A stretch of 64,000 nucleotides of DNA from assembly GCA_002269645.1 (NCBI GenBank), contig NIVC01003461.1:32756-96755 (forward strand), given 5' to 3'. The notes below the pieces were generated by a model. The model saw only the letters and a list, made by a program, of their open reading frames with translations. It had not been told where the DNA came from and made no database searches. Positions 14,601-26,210 of this stretch are shown one piece after another. The translations under genes and the position numbers were made by a program. Positions within the stretch are counted from its first letter, which is position 1, and the number at the start of each line of letters is the position of its first letter. Source of the stretch: Macrostomum lignano. Lineage: Eukaryota.

Positions 14601-15029
14601 AGCAGGGCAGCAAAGGGAAGAAGGCAAGCAGGAATCGAGGAATTCAGACAGTCCAAGTATTTTATTCAATCCAACCCGAGCCCCTGAACTCTCCGCCATC
14701 CAGCTGCAGATCAGCAGCATCCAGTCGGAGATGACGTCTGACCACGCGGCCACCCTGATCCGCCTGGCCTCGCAGCTCCCGGCCGACTCGGACAGAGAGC
14801 AGGCGCTGCGCCTTGCTAACCAGCTGGACAAGTGCCTGACAGATAAGCGAGTGTCCAGCCTAAGCTACTGCCTGGCTTTGCTAGAACTGGCCGCCAAAAA
14901 TGAGACAGAGCCGCCTAGCTATGAGCAGAGGGCCGCCTGCCTAGCCGTGATTGAGCTGTTGGACAGGACGGCTCACGAATTTCAGGTTAGATACAGTTAA
15001 CAATTATCGCATTTTCGATAGTAGTGTTT

Positions 15030-15390
15030 NNNNNNNNNNNNNNNNNNNNNNNNNNNNNNNNNNNNNNNNNNNNNNNNNNNNNNNNNNNNNNNNNNNNNNN
15101 NNNNNNNNNNNNNNNNNNNNNNNNNNNNNNNNNNNNNNNNNNNNNNNNNNNNNNNNNNNNNNNNNNNNNNNNNNNNNNNNNNNNNNNNNNNNNNNNNNNN
15201 NNNNNNNNNNNNNNNNNNNNNNNNNNNNNNNNNNNNNNNNNNNNNNNNNNNNNNNNNNNNNNNNNNNNNNNNNNNNNNNNNNNNNNNNNNNNNNNNNNNN
15301 NNNNNNNNNNNNNNNNNNNNNNNNNNNNNNNNNNNNNNNNNNNNNNNNNNNNNNNNNNNNNNNNNNNNNNNNNNNNNNNNNNNNNNNNNT
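15030..15390. other. Assembly gap (361 N)
   Basis: Run of N bases. Confidence 1.
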
Positions 15391-16494
15391 TAGCAATTTT
15401 GTTTTACTTGTAACAGTCACCTTATTTAAATAATACTAAAACATTAAATTCATAAATCATATATTGATGTTCTATTGATGCTATTTAAATATATATATAT
15501 ATATATATAGTTAAAAGACGACTAAATGACAATGGCACTGAATTGCTCTGCTGACATTAGCTTTGGAAACATTAGCAATAAACAGAGTTTTGCTCTGATA
15601 ATAACTTGCTCTACTGACATTACTGTTAGAGACTTTAAGAGACTTTGCAATAATGTCAATAACAATTGTGATATTTAAGCATTTATATTGATGGTGATAT
15701 ACTATAAATATCAATGAATGAAAACTTGAAAAGATGCCTAAAAACAAAAAAATTGCAATTACTAGCCAACCTAGCCAATCTAATTAAGCCTATACTGTAA
15801 TAAACCAAGGTAAATAGTAAAAATTAATAACTATGATGTAACTTATAACTTTATGACTTTATGGACTAATTTGATGATTTCATACTTTTTTGACCAGTCC
15901 TCTTAGAGGCCCTTTTTAGAATAAATTCCTATATGCATAGGCTTTCAAAATTTCAAGAGTTTTGTTTAACTATTTATTTTGTCTCTATTTGAATAAGTTT
16001 GTCTGCATATTAGGGGCATAGGAAGGGTTTATGGAATTTTTGTCAACTTGGTTGACAAAATGTTCCAACCCTCATTTCTGCAGTTGATAAATATTCCAAA
16101 TCTTCCACTGCCTGTTGACGAAAGTTCCATAGCCAGATTGAAGGCAATCGGAGAACTACCTTTGTGCACAAGTTATTGCGTACGCTGTATTGCATATTTA
16201 ACATGTGTTGATTGCCATTGTGGCAATGTTGTTGTGCATTACAATCTAAGCATGAACTAGCTAGCAGATAGATGTACATGACTTGCAAGTTGGCACATGA
16301 ACAGTGTGAACATGCAGTGTCCAACACAATTTAGAGAAAACTAGCAATCTATGCCCCCCGTTGGAGATAATTGATTGCGGCACATACAAGATTTCCATTT
16401 TTAGTATATAGGATATGGCCAGGTGCCACTGATTTCTGGAGTATATATCTACTTGCACACCTATCCTCTTTTGTTTTGCTGTCACTTGTATGGA

Positions 16495-16681
16495 ATGAAC
16501 AACAATATCGACAACTGCATTGTGTGCCAAGAGGCTGTGCACGCCGCAGCAAAGAAGGTTTGCAGGAATGATCAATGCAAAAAGTGGCAGCATCGTACGT
16601 GCCAAAGTGGTGTTAGTCGCCAACAGTAATCGCCATCTGCAGCAGCTAGAAAGTTTTGAGTTCAGCTGCAGCCTTTGCTAG
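16495..16681 (+). pseudogene. Frameshifted PHD-finger relic, probably transposon-derived
   Basis: CIVCQEAV...CRNDQCKKWQHRTCQSGVSRQQ. Removing one base near 16628 continues the frame as YRHLQQLESFEFSCSLC*, completing a C4HC3 pattern. Confidence 0.55.
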
Positions 16682-16928
16682 GAAGAGCCCAGGAAACCTA
16701 AACAGCCTTAACTGCAAGCAATTGTTCTGCCTGCACTAGCTATCTAGTAGTAGCAGCAGCCAGCAGCCAGCTTTTATTGTAGCCTAACCTAGGCCTAGAT
16801 ATTTATCTACTAAATAAAGCAAATAGCCTAGGAGCCTAGCATATAATAAATAGGTTGTTGTAATTATAACATAATAATTAATCTAATAGCTATGAGGTTG
16901 CTAATTAATGGTAGAAAGAGAATAGATA

Positions 16929-18186
16929 TTCGGTTGGGGAGAAAGTTCTTGCAGTTTCTAGAACTTTCTGTCAAACTGAGTTTTTTTAAAACAAAAAGCC
17001 AATTAAGAAACAAAATGATCACTATCACAATCTATCACCTTCTGCCATTTTTGGGCAGACTCATAATACTGTCACTGTAAAATTTCTCTGGCTTTGAAGT
17101 GAAAAAGTTGTTCAGCCAGTTATCGAGCTCTTCATTATCAGCGAAGGTTTTGTTGTTCAAGGCGTTGGCCAGAGACAAAAACAGGTGATAGTCGCTTGGT
17201 GCCAAGTCTGGTGAATACAGTGGATGGGGCACCAATTCCCAGCCAAGGTCCAATAGCTTTTGGCGAGTCACCCTAGCAGTGTGTGGACGAGCCTTATCAT
17301 GGAGGAATCGTACCGGGCCATGGTTCGGACGCTTCTGTGTGATGGCGGCGGCCAATCAGTCCAGCTGTTGGCAGTATAGGTTGGCCGTAATCGATGTGTT
17401 GGTGGCAGCAGTTCGTAGTACATGACGCCCTTGCAGTCCCACCACACACACAGCATGACCTTGCGTGGGTGGAGTCCGGCCTTTGACTGCAGCTCAGGCG
17501 TCGCGTCAGCATCAACCCATAATTGTCGACGTTTGATGTTGACGTACAGGCACCACTTTTCATCGCCCGTAATGATGGACTTCAGCCAGTTGTGCGTGCG
17601 CCTGTAGGAGAGGAGAGAAGTGGCCAACTCTGCCCTGCGCTCCTTGTCCCAATCTGACAATTGGTGGGTACCCATTGTGCCAGCTTGTACACCTTGCCCA
17701 GCTGATGCAAATGACTGGTGACCATTTTATGGTCTACATCAAGGACTAGCACTAACTCACGCGTGGTTTGCCGAGGGTCAAGCCTCTACGAGTGTGCGCA
17801 GCCAGTCGTCATCAACCTTGGAGGGATGACCTGACCGGGACAAATCTTCGAGGTTAAAATTTCCCTGGTGAAACTGCGCAAACCAATCCTGGGCGGTGCG
17901 TTCAGATCGAGACACGGTACCCGCACCAAATGCAGCGTTGATACGGCGGCTGGATTCTGCAGCTGACAGTCCAGATTTGAAGTCATAGAGCAGGAGACCA
18001 CGAATATAGGCCCGAGAGAGATCCATAATGCTGGTGACTAGTGAGTAATCTCTTTGGTTTAAATAGCATGTTAGAATCACACACACCCACCCTCAATATA
18101 TACCCACACAGCCGGGCTCTGGAATGTTCCAGAAAGTTCTTAGACAGAAAGTTCTAGAAACCGCGGGAACTTTCTCCCCAACCGAA
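16929..18186 (-). mobile_element. Mariner (Tc1/mariner, DD34D-type) DNA transposon, 1258 bp, transposase decayed
   Basis: 44-bp TIRs (16929-16972 and 18143-18186, 3 mismatches) flanked by TA. Transposase from ATG 18026 to about 17035 has an HTH, ITGDEKW, HDKARPH and YSPDLAPSDYHLF. In-frame TGA at 17778 and a frameshift near 17400. Confidence 0.95.
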
Positions 18187-18457
18187 TATAATAAAGATTC
18201 AATGTTGTGGCCATCTTAGTCTTATACCAATATTTTTATAATGACATTGAGTATTGTTTTGAAGGTATCCTAAATTATAAAAAGCACATTTTAAATAACT
18301 CAATACTAAGTTTTATAGTTGGTGTGAATTTAGCCTTTTTGCAGATAAACTAGTAGTAGACAAATTAACTGGATAGCACTAAAGGCTCTAGACCTTTTCC
18401 AAGCTGGCTCAATTTTTTCAAGCTATTTTCAATGATTTTCAATCAAGTTCACATGAT

Positions 18458-19616
18458 GGCTATCCTGTAGAATTGTTTGTTAAATTAATTGTATGCATAT
18501 TTTTTTAATTGTTTAGCTATTTTTAAATAAATTTTCTAAAGATGAATGTTTTCATTATCCAGTGTGTGGATCATGTATCCATGTATGCTGGACTAAATTT
18601 GGGCATCAAGGACTTTGTATGCCAATGTATGCTAAAAAAAATGTTGCACTAAAATGTATGCCAAAAATTCCTTAAAAAAGGTAACACGGTTTTCACGAGT
18701 AGTGTTTTCTAAGAAAGGCTTTTGTATGAAAAGTGTTTTTAAAATGTTACGAATATTCTCAATTTAAATAAACTTTTATTATACCTAAAAAAATATGTTG
18801 CAAAATTAATACTCTTAGCAAAAATTTACACTAATTTTATTCATTGTTAATTTCAAAGAAGCAAAAATTTCATCACTGACGATATAAATTTTCTGTTAGT
18901 TTATGTAAAAACGTTAATTTACATTAAAATTTTCATGCATGGCATGACTTTATTCACCAAAATTTGTATGCCAAAAAAGTATGCATGGCTATGTTACTTG
19001 TGTACACCAATAGTGTACACCAACAAAGTTCGCCAGGGGTTGTGTACGCCGATTATGTGCGCCAAGGACTTAGGGTGGCCATTTTGTATGCCGAAAAAGT
19101 TCTAGCATACATGCATACCATCCGCAACCTGATTCATTATGCCAACATTTTAGAAGTGTTTAGAAGTGTCCATAATTATTAGTTCAAAGGCTGGGCAAAC
19201 CTCTTGAGATGGCACAATCTATGTTGGGGCAGAAGGTTGTCCAATGTCCACCAGCCATTTTTAAGTGGAAAGTACTTTATTTGCAATACAGCTTAATAGC
19301 ACCTTTCTCATTAAAGCCCCAGAGTTTGTAACTAATTTTGGCCATAGATACATTTTTGCCAATGACATCAGTGCACAAATTCAAAATTGCATAATTGTTA
19401 ATAGCTGTTAAATTTTAGAAAAATCTGGAAAAACCCAGAAATTGCAATAGGCCTAAAAGTTTATTTATATTTACAACCCCCTACAAATGGAATTTTAATG
19501 CCAAAACACTTCTAAAATATTGGCATAATGAAAGCATTCATTTTTGGCAACTTTTGTGTCAATTGTTAAAAAAATGTGCATACAGTGAATTTAACAAACA
19601 ATTCTGCAGGATAGCC
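18458..19616. mobile_element. Non-autonomous element / MITE-like with ~50-bp imperfect TIRs (GGCTATCCTG...CAGGATAGCC)
   Basis: 18458-18508 is the reverse complement of about 19566-19616 with a few mismatches. There is a second internal inverted pair at 19133-19160 and 19505-19532. A TSD is not clearly recovered (TA on the right only). Confidence 0.6.
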
Positions 19617-22238
19617 TACCCACATGACATAATAAAAATGATTTGTCTATATGGTATTTTGGTAGGTATCTTGTAAGATTTTTCTGTACTGTTTTTTCAT
19701 TAGCTTAGGAATATTTTGTAGCGACTATGATTGATACTACTTACTAAGGCATGTACAGAATATATTATTGTCCTATTGAAATTGATTGTCTTGCTGATAT
19801 AGGTCTAATTAATTCTGCTTAGGCCAACTCCTACAGTTACTAGAAATACTAATAACAAACTAACTCCAGCAGTTTTTATAGCATTAAAGCTTACTGAAAA
19901 CATTACCACCGTTCTGTTGAAGATTTTAGAAATTTAAGTAGGCCTATCAAAATGACGTGAATACTCTAAAGAAGGGATTTTACACAACAACATTTCTAAG
20001 AAACAGTTTTTTAACACGAACAATGAACGAAAACGATTCCTCCTATCGGATAGGTCCGATATATATTTACGGTAAAACAATTCACTACTTCGATACATTT
20101 TATTAGCAAATTATGAAAACAAAAAATAATAAACGTTGTTAATATTTCAAGCTTTACAATCTCTTTAAAGCCTGTAGCGATATCTGCGAGACAATACATT
20201 AAAGTATTTTAACAATGTTAGATAATTAAAAAATGTAAATTATTCTTCCGTTCCGTACATGGACAGAGTCTATTGTGACGATCTTTAGTCAGTATAAAGC
20301 AATTTTTAAAGTATAAATAACCTATTGGTGGTAGTGAAATGAAAAATATAATTGGGTAAGGGTACCGGAATGCCCGTGCATACGCTGGTGGGTGTCTACG
20401 ACGTTTGCCAGCCGACGTTGTCAGCCAGCCGATGTGCTTATATTACATGTACGTTTGAATATCTGCCGTCAATTTGCCATTTACATCAACCCCAAAGCCC
20501 TGCACTGAAACTTAATGTACTAAGTAGTCTAGCTTACCAGAGAAAACACTGTTGAAGACATCCGTTACATGAATTTCACGTGATAGATTAAGCTACATGT
20601 ATTTAAGTAGCGAAAAAGAACTGCCTGCTTTCAGTGCGAAAGTAACAGTTGTAGTAAAATTCCGTTTTAGTTTAAAAAGGCTTTTTGAATGAATTAAATT
20701 CTATAATTACAACTGTTAAAATGAACCAACAAATATTCAAGATTTTTTGCTTTTTTGCTCCACAAATTAAAAATTGGCAGTTCAGTAGCTGCTGCAACTG
20801 GTCTGGGAGAGGTTGCTGTATCTAGCTTGCAACCTGAATATTTCCACTTGCAATTTTTCTTTATCTCCAACCACAGATACTTGAATAACTACTCAGCACA
20901 TTTGCGTGTAAGCTACTTTCAGTTCAGTAGTACGTTAAATAAAAGCATTCTTTTGTATTAAGGCTCATTTATTGCTTTTAACCCACAGCTTAAACCCTCC
21001 AACCGCGCCTTTCCACACTACCCCCACCCGCCCCAATCTTTATTGCCTTTCACAGAATTCCAGCCTAAAGCTGCCATGTACATTTTAGTGGACTGGCTAA
21101 TGTACATTATTGCTGAACCAATTAGCAAGCTGTTTACGCCTGCAAGCTTGGGCTTCTTCTAAACTTATCAAAGTCATTTCAGCTGACTTTATCTGTATAA
21201 AATAGCTTATGTATTCTCCTTTGCTACTGAACTGAAATTAGAAAGCTGTTTTACTAAGTATATATGCCTATGTGGCCCATCTAGTGTTATTTTAGTATCT
21301 GTGTCTCCAACCAATATCGGGGAGGTCGCAACAGCAATAAAAAAGAACTAAATAAAAATCAATCAAAGGCGAGTTCAAAGAAAACTAAATTTGACAACGT
21401 TTAGTCAGACAGCGACTTCTAAAGTAAATATTCTATATTTATCCCGACTGACATACGAATATAAAATCCGTTATAAAAAGATATTATAATAGAGGAAACA
21501 AATGTGATAGACAGAAAACTGACAGGGGCACAATAAATTTCTTGGTTTGCTTTTAATTTGTGAGTGTGCAGCTTGTGTATTTAAAAAGTGAATAGGTATT
21601 AAGTACTAATAAATATAATAATAATAGAATAGCATTAATAGTGCAGAATAGGAAAGCATAATTGCCTAGCAACTAAGCAATATATAGAGCCCTGGACGAG
21701 AGTGCAGGTGTGCAGATGCGCGGGTCTTTAATGATTAAACTAATTACCGAATCTCCCATGCAAACACAAAGACTCAACCAAGACTGGCTTGAACGCTTGA
21801 ACAAAGACGGCAAATAACCAAATAAAACAGTGGCAAGGGAAAAAACAACAAAAAAACAAAGCAGAGCATAGAAAGAGGCTAAATTATTTGTATAGAAATA
21901 TAGTCGTATATAAGCTGAAGGACAGCAGAGTATGTAGATATACTCGTAGATAGACACAGACACAATCTATAATAATAACAATAAGCAGAAAAATTCAATT
22001 GCACAGGAATTGAAAAAAAACTGCAAAATTCAGTCATTAAGTTAAAAAAAATAATTGTCTTTTCTCAATTGAATCATCACGCACTAATCGCTGATAGTGC
22101 CGACAAAAATTCAATATTCTCGTGTAAAATAAGTACTAATGGAGAGACTATACCACAGATACTGGAATAGCCAGATATGCCACTCGAAATTAAAGTGTCA
22201 AAAAGCGTCTACTCTTTTTTAGTAGTTCGTCTGCGCAG

Positions 22239-22606
22239 TGTTACATAAAATTTTCCTTTCGTCCTTGGTATTTGTGGCCACAGGAGCATATGGAGTTAAG
22301 AATGAACAATCATTTAACTCGATGTACACAAGTGAACGCAAGACAGACGAAACTCAGGCCTAGGGGCCAGGCCCAATCTAGCTCAGCCAATCAGGGAGCA
22401 GTAAGGAGAGAGGTCGAAGTTAGACGGACGAAACCCAGCCTAGGGGACAGGCCAGATCTAGCTCAGCCAATGAGAGAGCAGTAAGAAAAGAGGTCAGTCA
22501 GGCACAAGCGGGAAAAAGGAAAGCTCAACTGTTTATCGACCTGACTGAAACCTTCTTCGCACCCACAAAATTATAATTGAAATAAACCGGTTTCCTCTCT
22601 TGGCCA
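22239..22606 (+). mobile_element. Possible solo LTR-like relic
   Basis: Starts TG and ends CA, has two ~45-bp direct repeats containing CCAAT and an AATAAA near the 3' end. No matching TSD found. Confidence 0.3.
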
Positions 22607-23325
22607 CCTATTTACTCTATTGCTCGCTCGCCGTGCACACGCACTGAATTTGGGGTGTTGCTCGATCGATAATTTCACATCCGATCTAGAAAAACAAACT
22701 TTACTACTGAAAGTAGCAAGCACGCATTTTTGCGAGTAACAGTTCTTGTTATTCTAGTATTTGTGGTATGTCGATCCTTTTTTATCATCAATATGAAATA
22801 TTTTAATTTTAAATAGAAAAAGGGAGTACATAGCTTAGTCACTAGAACAACAGAGGATTAGTTAAGCGCATTCCCATCAAAGTGATTAGCCGGTGATAAT
22901 TTAATAAATGTATAAAAATTAAACTAAATATCGCACACGGAGCATTCTACTTCTAGTGGTAGCAGCTAAGGAGAAAAAAGCTATTCTTTAAGAGAGGAGA
23001 ACTACTGTTACAAAATGTCATTCTCAAAAGTAATTATGCTTTCAATCGGCTCTAGCTGTTGTCATAGAGAGAAAACGCGCCTGCCCAGAAAACAGACGCC
23101 GATCAATCGCCATCATTGTTAGTAGTGAAAACTGCATTACCAGCATCCCGGATGGCACAAGTTTCTTTAGTGTTTATAAAATAACCATTTATTTGTTCAT
23201 TTATTAAAAAATACACTTTAGTATAGTTTGCTTGGCTTGTGGTTGTAGCTAGCGAATATTCTGCTTAGAAATTGTACACATGCTGGTCAAAGGCCCCGGC
23301 CCCACCCTCAACGGTTCAGTCAGAG

Positions 23326-24744
23326 TCACTCTGGCCGCCAGTCGGCAGCCTTGGAGGCCACATCTCGCAGCCGGCAGTACAGGGCAATGTTGGACTGCAG
23401 AAAGCTCAGGCTAACGTAGTTCATGCCGTGCTTCTGGCAGAACTCCTTAACAAGAGGCGCCGCAGCTCTCAGGTGATGCCTAGGCAGCCTGGGATACAGG
23501 TGGTGCTCCAATTGGAACTGCAGTCCGCCGTGAAACCAGTCCATCCAGGTTGGACAATCGACATCCATAGTTGAGGCCACCTGAGATCGGATGAAATGGC
23601 CGCCGTCGTCAGAATCGACCGTGCCTAATCCGTTCTTATAGTCGCACACGGCCATGGGGAAATGGGAGATGCAGATTTGCACGTGGAGCAGGCCGGATAC
23701 GGCGTGGCTGAGCAACACGAAAGCAATTGTCTGCGGCCAGGTAGGCAGCTGGCAGGCCAAGGTAAGGTACCAGATAAAGAATGTTGACATGGAGACCAGC
23801 TCGGCTACTTGAAAGTAGCGCCGTTCCCGTTTCTGATTCAAAGCGATCAGGTGCTCGTAGGAGCGAATGTACAGGTAGAAGCGAGCCACGCACATCACCG
23901 GATAGAATACCAGGTGTTGCACTCGCATCAACAGCCGAAAGAATGGCTTGCGCTTGCCGTCGTAAAATGTAGATATCGGAGAGCTGAAGAACTCGTCAGT
24001 GATGGCTAGCAGCGGCATGTGCTGAATGTCCGGATCGTCTGTCACCGAGTTGGTGACCAGATGGTGGACATTGTGGTTGAGCTTCCACCAGCCGATGCTG
24101 ATGCCCAGCAGGGCGTTGCCAAGGAAGGCGGCCAGTCGGTGGTCGGTGAGGCGGTTGTGGGTCACAGCAGTGTGGCCCAGGTCGTGGCCAACAAAAGCCA
24201 GCTGCTGCAGATAGATGCCCAGGATACAGGCAGCCAGCACAACCCGGATAGGCCAGGCGGACTCTGGCGGGCACAGTACGCAGGCAACGGAGGCCGCTAG
24301 CAGGCAGAGAATGCGCAGCACCAGTCCCAGCTCCCAAGTTGGCTTAGTCTGAAACAGGCCCATCCGATGAAATTTGTCGCGCAAGGCGAAATAATCGCGG
24401 ACAATGGGGCTCTGCTGCTGCTGATGCTTGACATCGCCGCAGCTAAACGGCTGGTTGTCCGCCTCGTTAACATTGTCATCTAATTCGCATGGCTCAATCT
24501 GGCCAATACAATAAGTTGGCAGGAATTTTCTAACCAATTCCGGATGGTACATGCTGAACTGTACGCTGGCATCCTGGCCCCGACAGTTCTCTAAGGCCAG
24601 GGCGCCGCCCGGGTGGCGGCACAGAAAATTGGCAACGTCGTAGGCGCGACCGTCAATAGTGATGACGCAGCTGTTTGGCCGGCGTTTGGCCGCGTCAAGA
24701 TCCGATTGAGACAAACGGCGGCAGGACTGGCGGCCTTGGCACAT
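23326..24744 (-). CDS. Cytochrome b5-fused front-end fatty acid/sphingolipid desaturase (delta-8 sphingolipid desaturase-like), intronless, 472 aa
   Basis: HPGG heme motif; His boxes HDLGH, HNVHH and QLEHH; WWKLNHNVHHLVTN...DPDIQHMP; WFHGGLQFQLEHHLYPRLPRH. Confidence 0.93.
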   Translation of the reverse strand: MCQGRQSCRRLSQSDLDAAKRRPNSCVITIDGRAYDVANFLCRHPGGALALENCRGQDASVQFSMYHPELVRKFLPTYCIGQIEPCELDDNVNEADNQPFSCGDVKHQQQQSPIVRDYFALRDKFHRMGLFQTKPTWELGLVLRILCLLAASVACVLCPPESAWPIRVVLAACILGIYLQQLAFVGHDLGHTAVTHNRLTDHRLAAFLGNALLGISIGWWKLNHNVHHLVTNSVTDDPDIQHMPLLAITDEFFSSPISTFYDGKRKPFFRLLMRVQHLVFYPVMCVARFYLYIRSYEHLIALNQKRERRYFQVAELVSMSTFFIWYLTLACQLPTWPQTIAFVLLSHAVSGLLHVQICISHFPMAVCDYKNGLGTVDSDDGGHFIRSQVASTMDVDCPTWMDWFHGGLQFQLEHHLYPRLPRHHLRAAAPLVKEFCQKHGMNYVSLSFLQSNIALYCRLRDVASKAADWRPE

Positions 24745-25268
24745 TGCTCTTGGCTGATTTAAGTATCGTTAACAATAAATAATTAGGCTTAAGTTGTAAA
24801 TTAACTCGGGTCGTTTGCACAGTCTGTCAGCAAGCCGGGTGACTGGAGCGCAGCGCTTCTCTGTCTTATAGATTAAAAAATATTCTTTTTATTAGAAGCC
24901 GAGAGGGGTAGTGCGGGCCGTGCGGCCGTCTGCAATGAGGACAGTTGAGTCATGCGCACGAGTGCACAAAAGCGGTAAGACATGGCGCCATTCACTATAT
25001 AGCTAAGAGACAGCAAAGTATGGTCCCACGAGTTCTCTAACCTGATATGAATTCATTGCTTTGAACTGTTGAGTGTTCTTCGTAGCTTTACTTCTACGAG
25101 CAGCATGCAAAGAATGAATGCATTTTTTGTCACTAAGCGTTTAATTGAAATGCGCCTGCCAGTAGCCGGGTGTGAGCCAAATAAAATACACAGGTTTGCC
25201 TCCTCTGCCTCGCCAATATAAAAATGCAAGAGGCAGTCTTAGCTGAAATTTTCAGCCCCAAATGCATG

Positions 25269-25340
25269 TGGCCACGCGCGGAATCGAACCAGGGGTTGTG
25301 GGGCGAGAGTCGGACACCGCTTGAGCTGCTCTTTCCCCCT
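25269..25340 (-). ncRNA. tRNA-derived sequence (SINE head or tRNA pseudogene)
   Basis: Minus strand has an A-box-like gcagctcaagcgg and a perfect B-box ggttcgattcc at tRNA-like spacing, but the acceptor stem does not pair. Confidence 0.4.
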
Positions 25341-25752
25341 CTGTTATAACCGCATTGGATTCGATCACTGGGCTCAGGGGGCTATTATAGCTCTTGAGAA
25401 TTAGCACAAGTTGCTTTAAACAAGAGACAGCATTCTGTTCCTGGCGTAATGTCCGCAAGATGCTGCCTCCTGTTCGTGATCCTAGGTGAACTTTGAAAAA
25501 TGATCAGAGATCGATGTCTAAAATACGACTCTTAATGAGAATGAATTTATTTCAAATGCAAGGCTCACTTAAAGGCGACTCTTACTTTTAGACTCTAATA
25601 AAAGAGGCCCCACCTGGAAAAGAAACCGGTTACCTAAGAAACAAAGAAAAAAGGTTTTGCAGTTCAGGACTGCGCATTAGGCGTTATGAAAATTGAAATG
25701 AACTGATAGCAGACCAATGTCTACGTATTTTTCACTGCGAAGGCACGTATTG

Positions 25753-25754
<2 letters not shown>

Positions 25755-25824
<70 letters not shown>
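25755..25824. repeat. (GA)n microsatellite
   Basis: Direct inspection. Confidence 0.99.
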
Positions 25825-25825
<1 letters not shown>

Positions 25826-26210
25826 CCACTAAACCAGCGAAGGCAATTCGCAAGTGTTTGCAGACAAAGTGCCCCCCCATACGCTCCAAGGGTCGCAATA
25901 AATGCACTCCATGCCTTATCAAGTTCCACAAGGGTCAAGGGCGCCTGGGCATGCACTCAGCCCCGCATGGTCACTCGGGCAGAGAATGCAGTCAGAACGA
26001 AACTATCCTAAACTATTTAGCAATGTAAAATAAATAACGGAGAAACACAATGGTGTTCAGTGACACCTGTCAAAATATGTAGGACGAAACTTTATTAGGC
26101 AATTTTAAATGCAATTGATGTTCGAATGTAAAGTTTTTATAAATACAAAATCTAACATTCATAACATGAAATATAAATAGATATATATTTGCTCATTCTA
26201 TACTATACTA

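Larger units (their letters stand above)
10950..14985 (+). pseudogene. PTCD3: PTCD3/mS39-like PPR protein, frameshifted and 3'-truncated copy (exons 10950-11446, 11705-12291, 13080-13742, 14710-14985; last exon absent)
   Basis: Mirror of the intact gene at 30979-35639. Exon 2 is 1 nt shorter and exon 3 is 7 nt shorter. The copy ends at the N gap before exon 5. Confidence 0.8.
1..15029 (+). repeat. Left arm of a large inverted duplication (partner 31545-45269); runs to the window edge and ends at the assembly gap
   Basis: Position 1 (ctaacaactcttatcgg) is the reverse complement of the sequence ending at 45269. 15001-15029 is the reverse complement of 31545-31574. Many ORFs in the track are mirrored and identical, e.g. 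9709..10971+ and 35618..36880-. Confidence 0.97.

Noticed and set aside
13652-14831. Ser/Leu/Arg-rich antisense ORFs (also 31741-32829)
   Set aside because: Translations of the 42-bp intronic repeat.
14951-15433. ORFs containing X runs
   Set aside because: Artefacts of the N gap.
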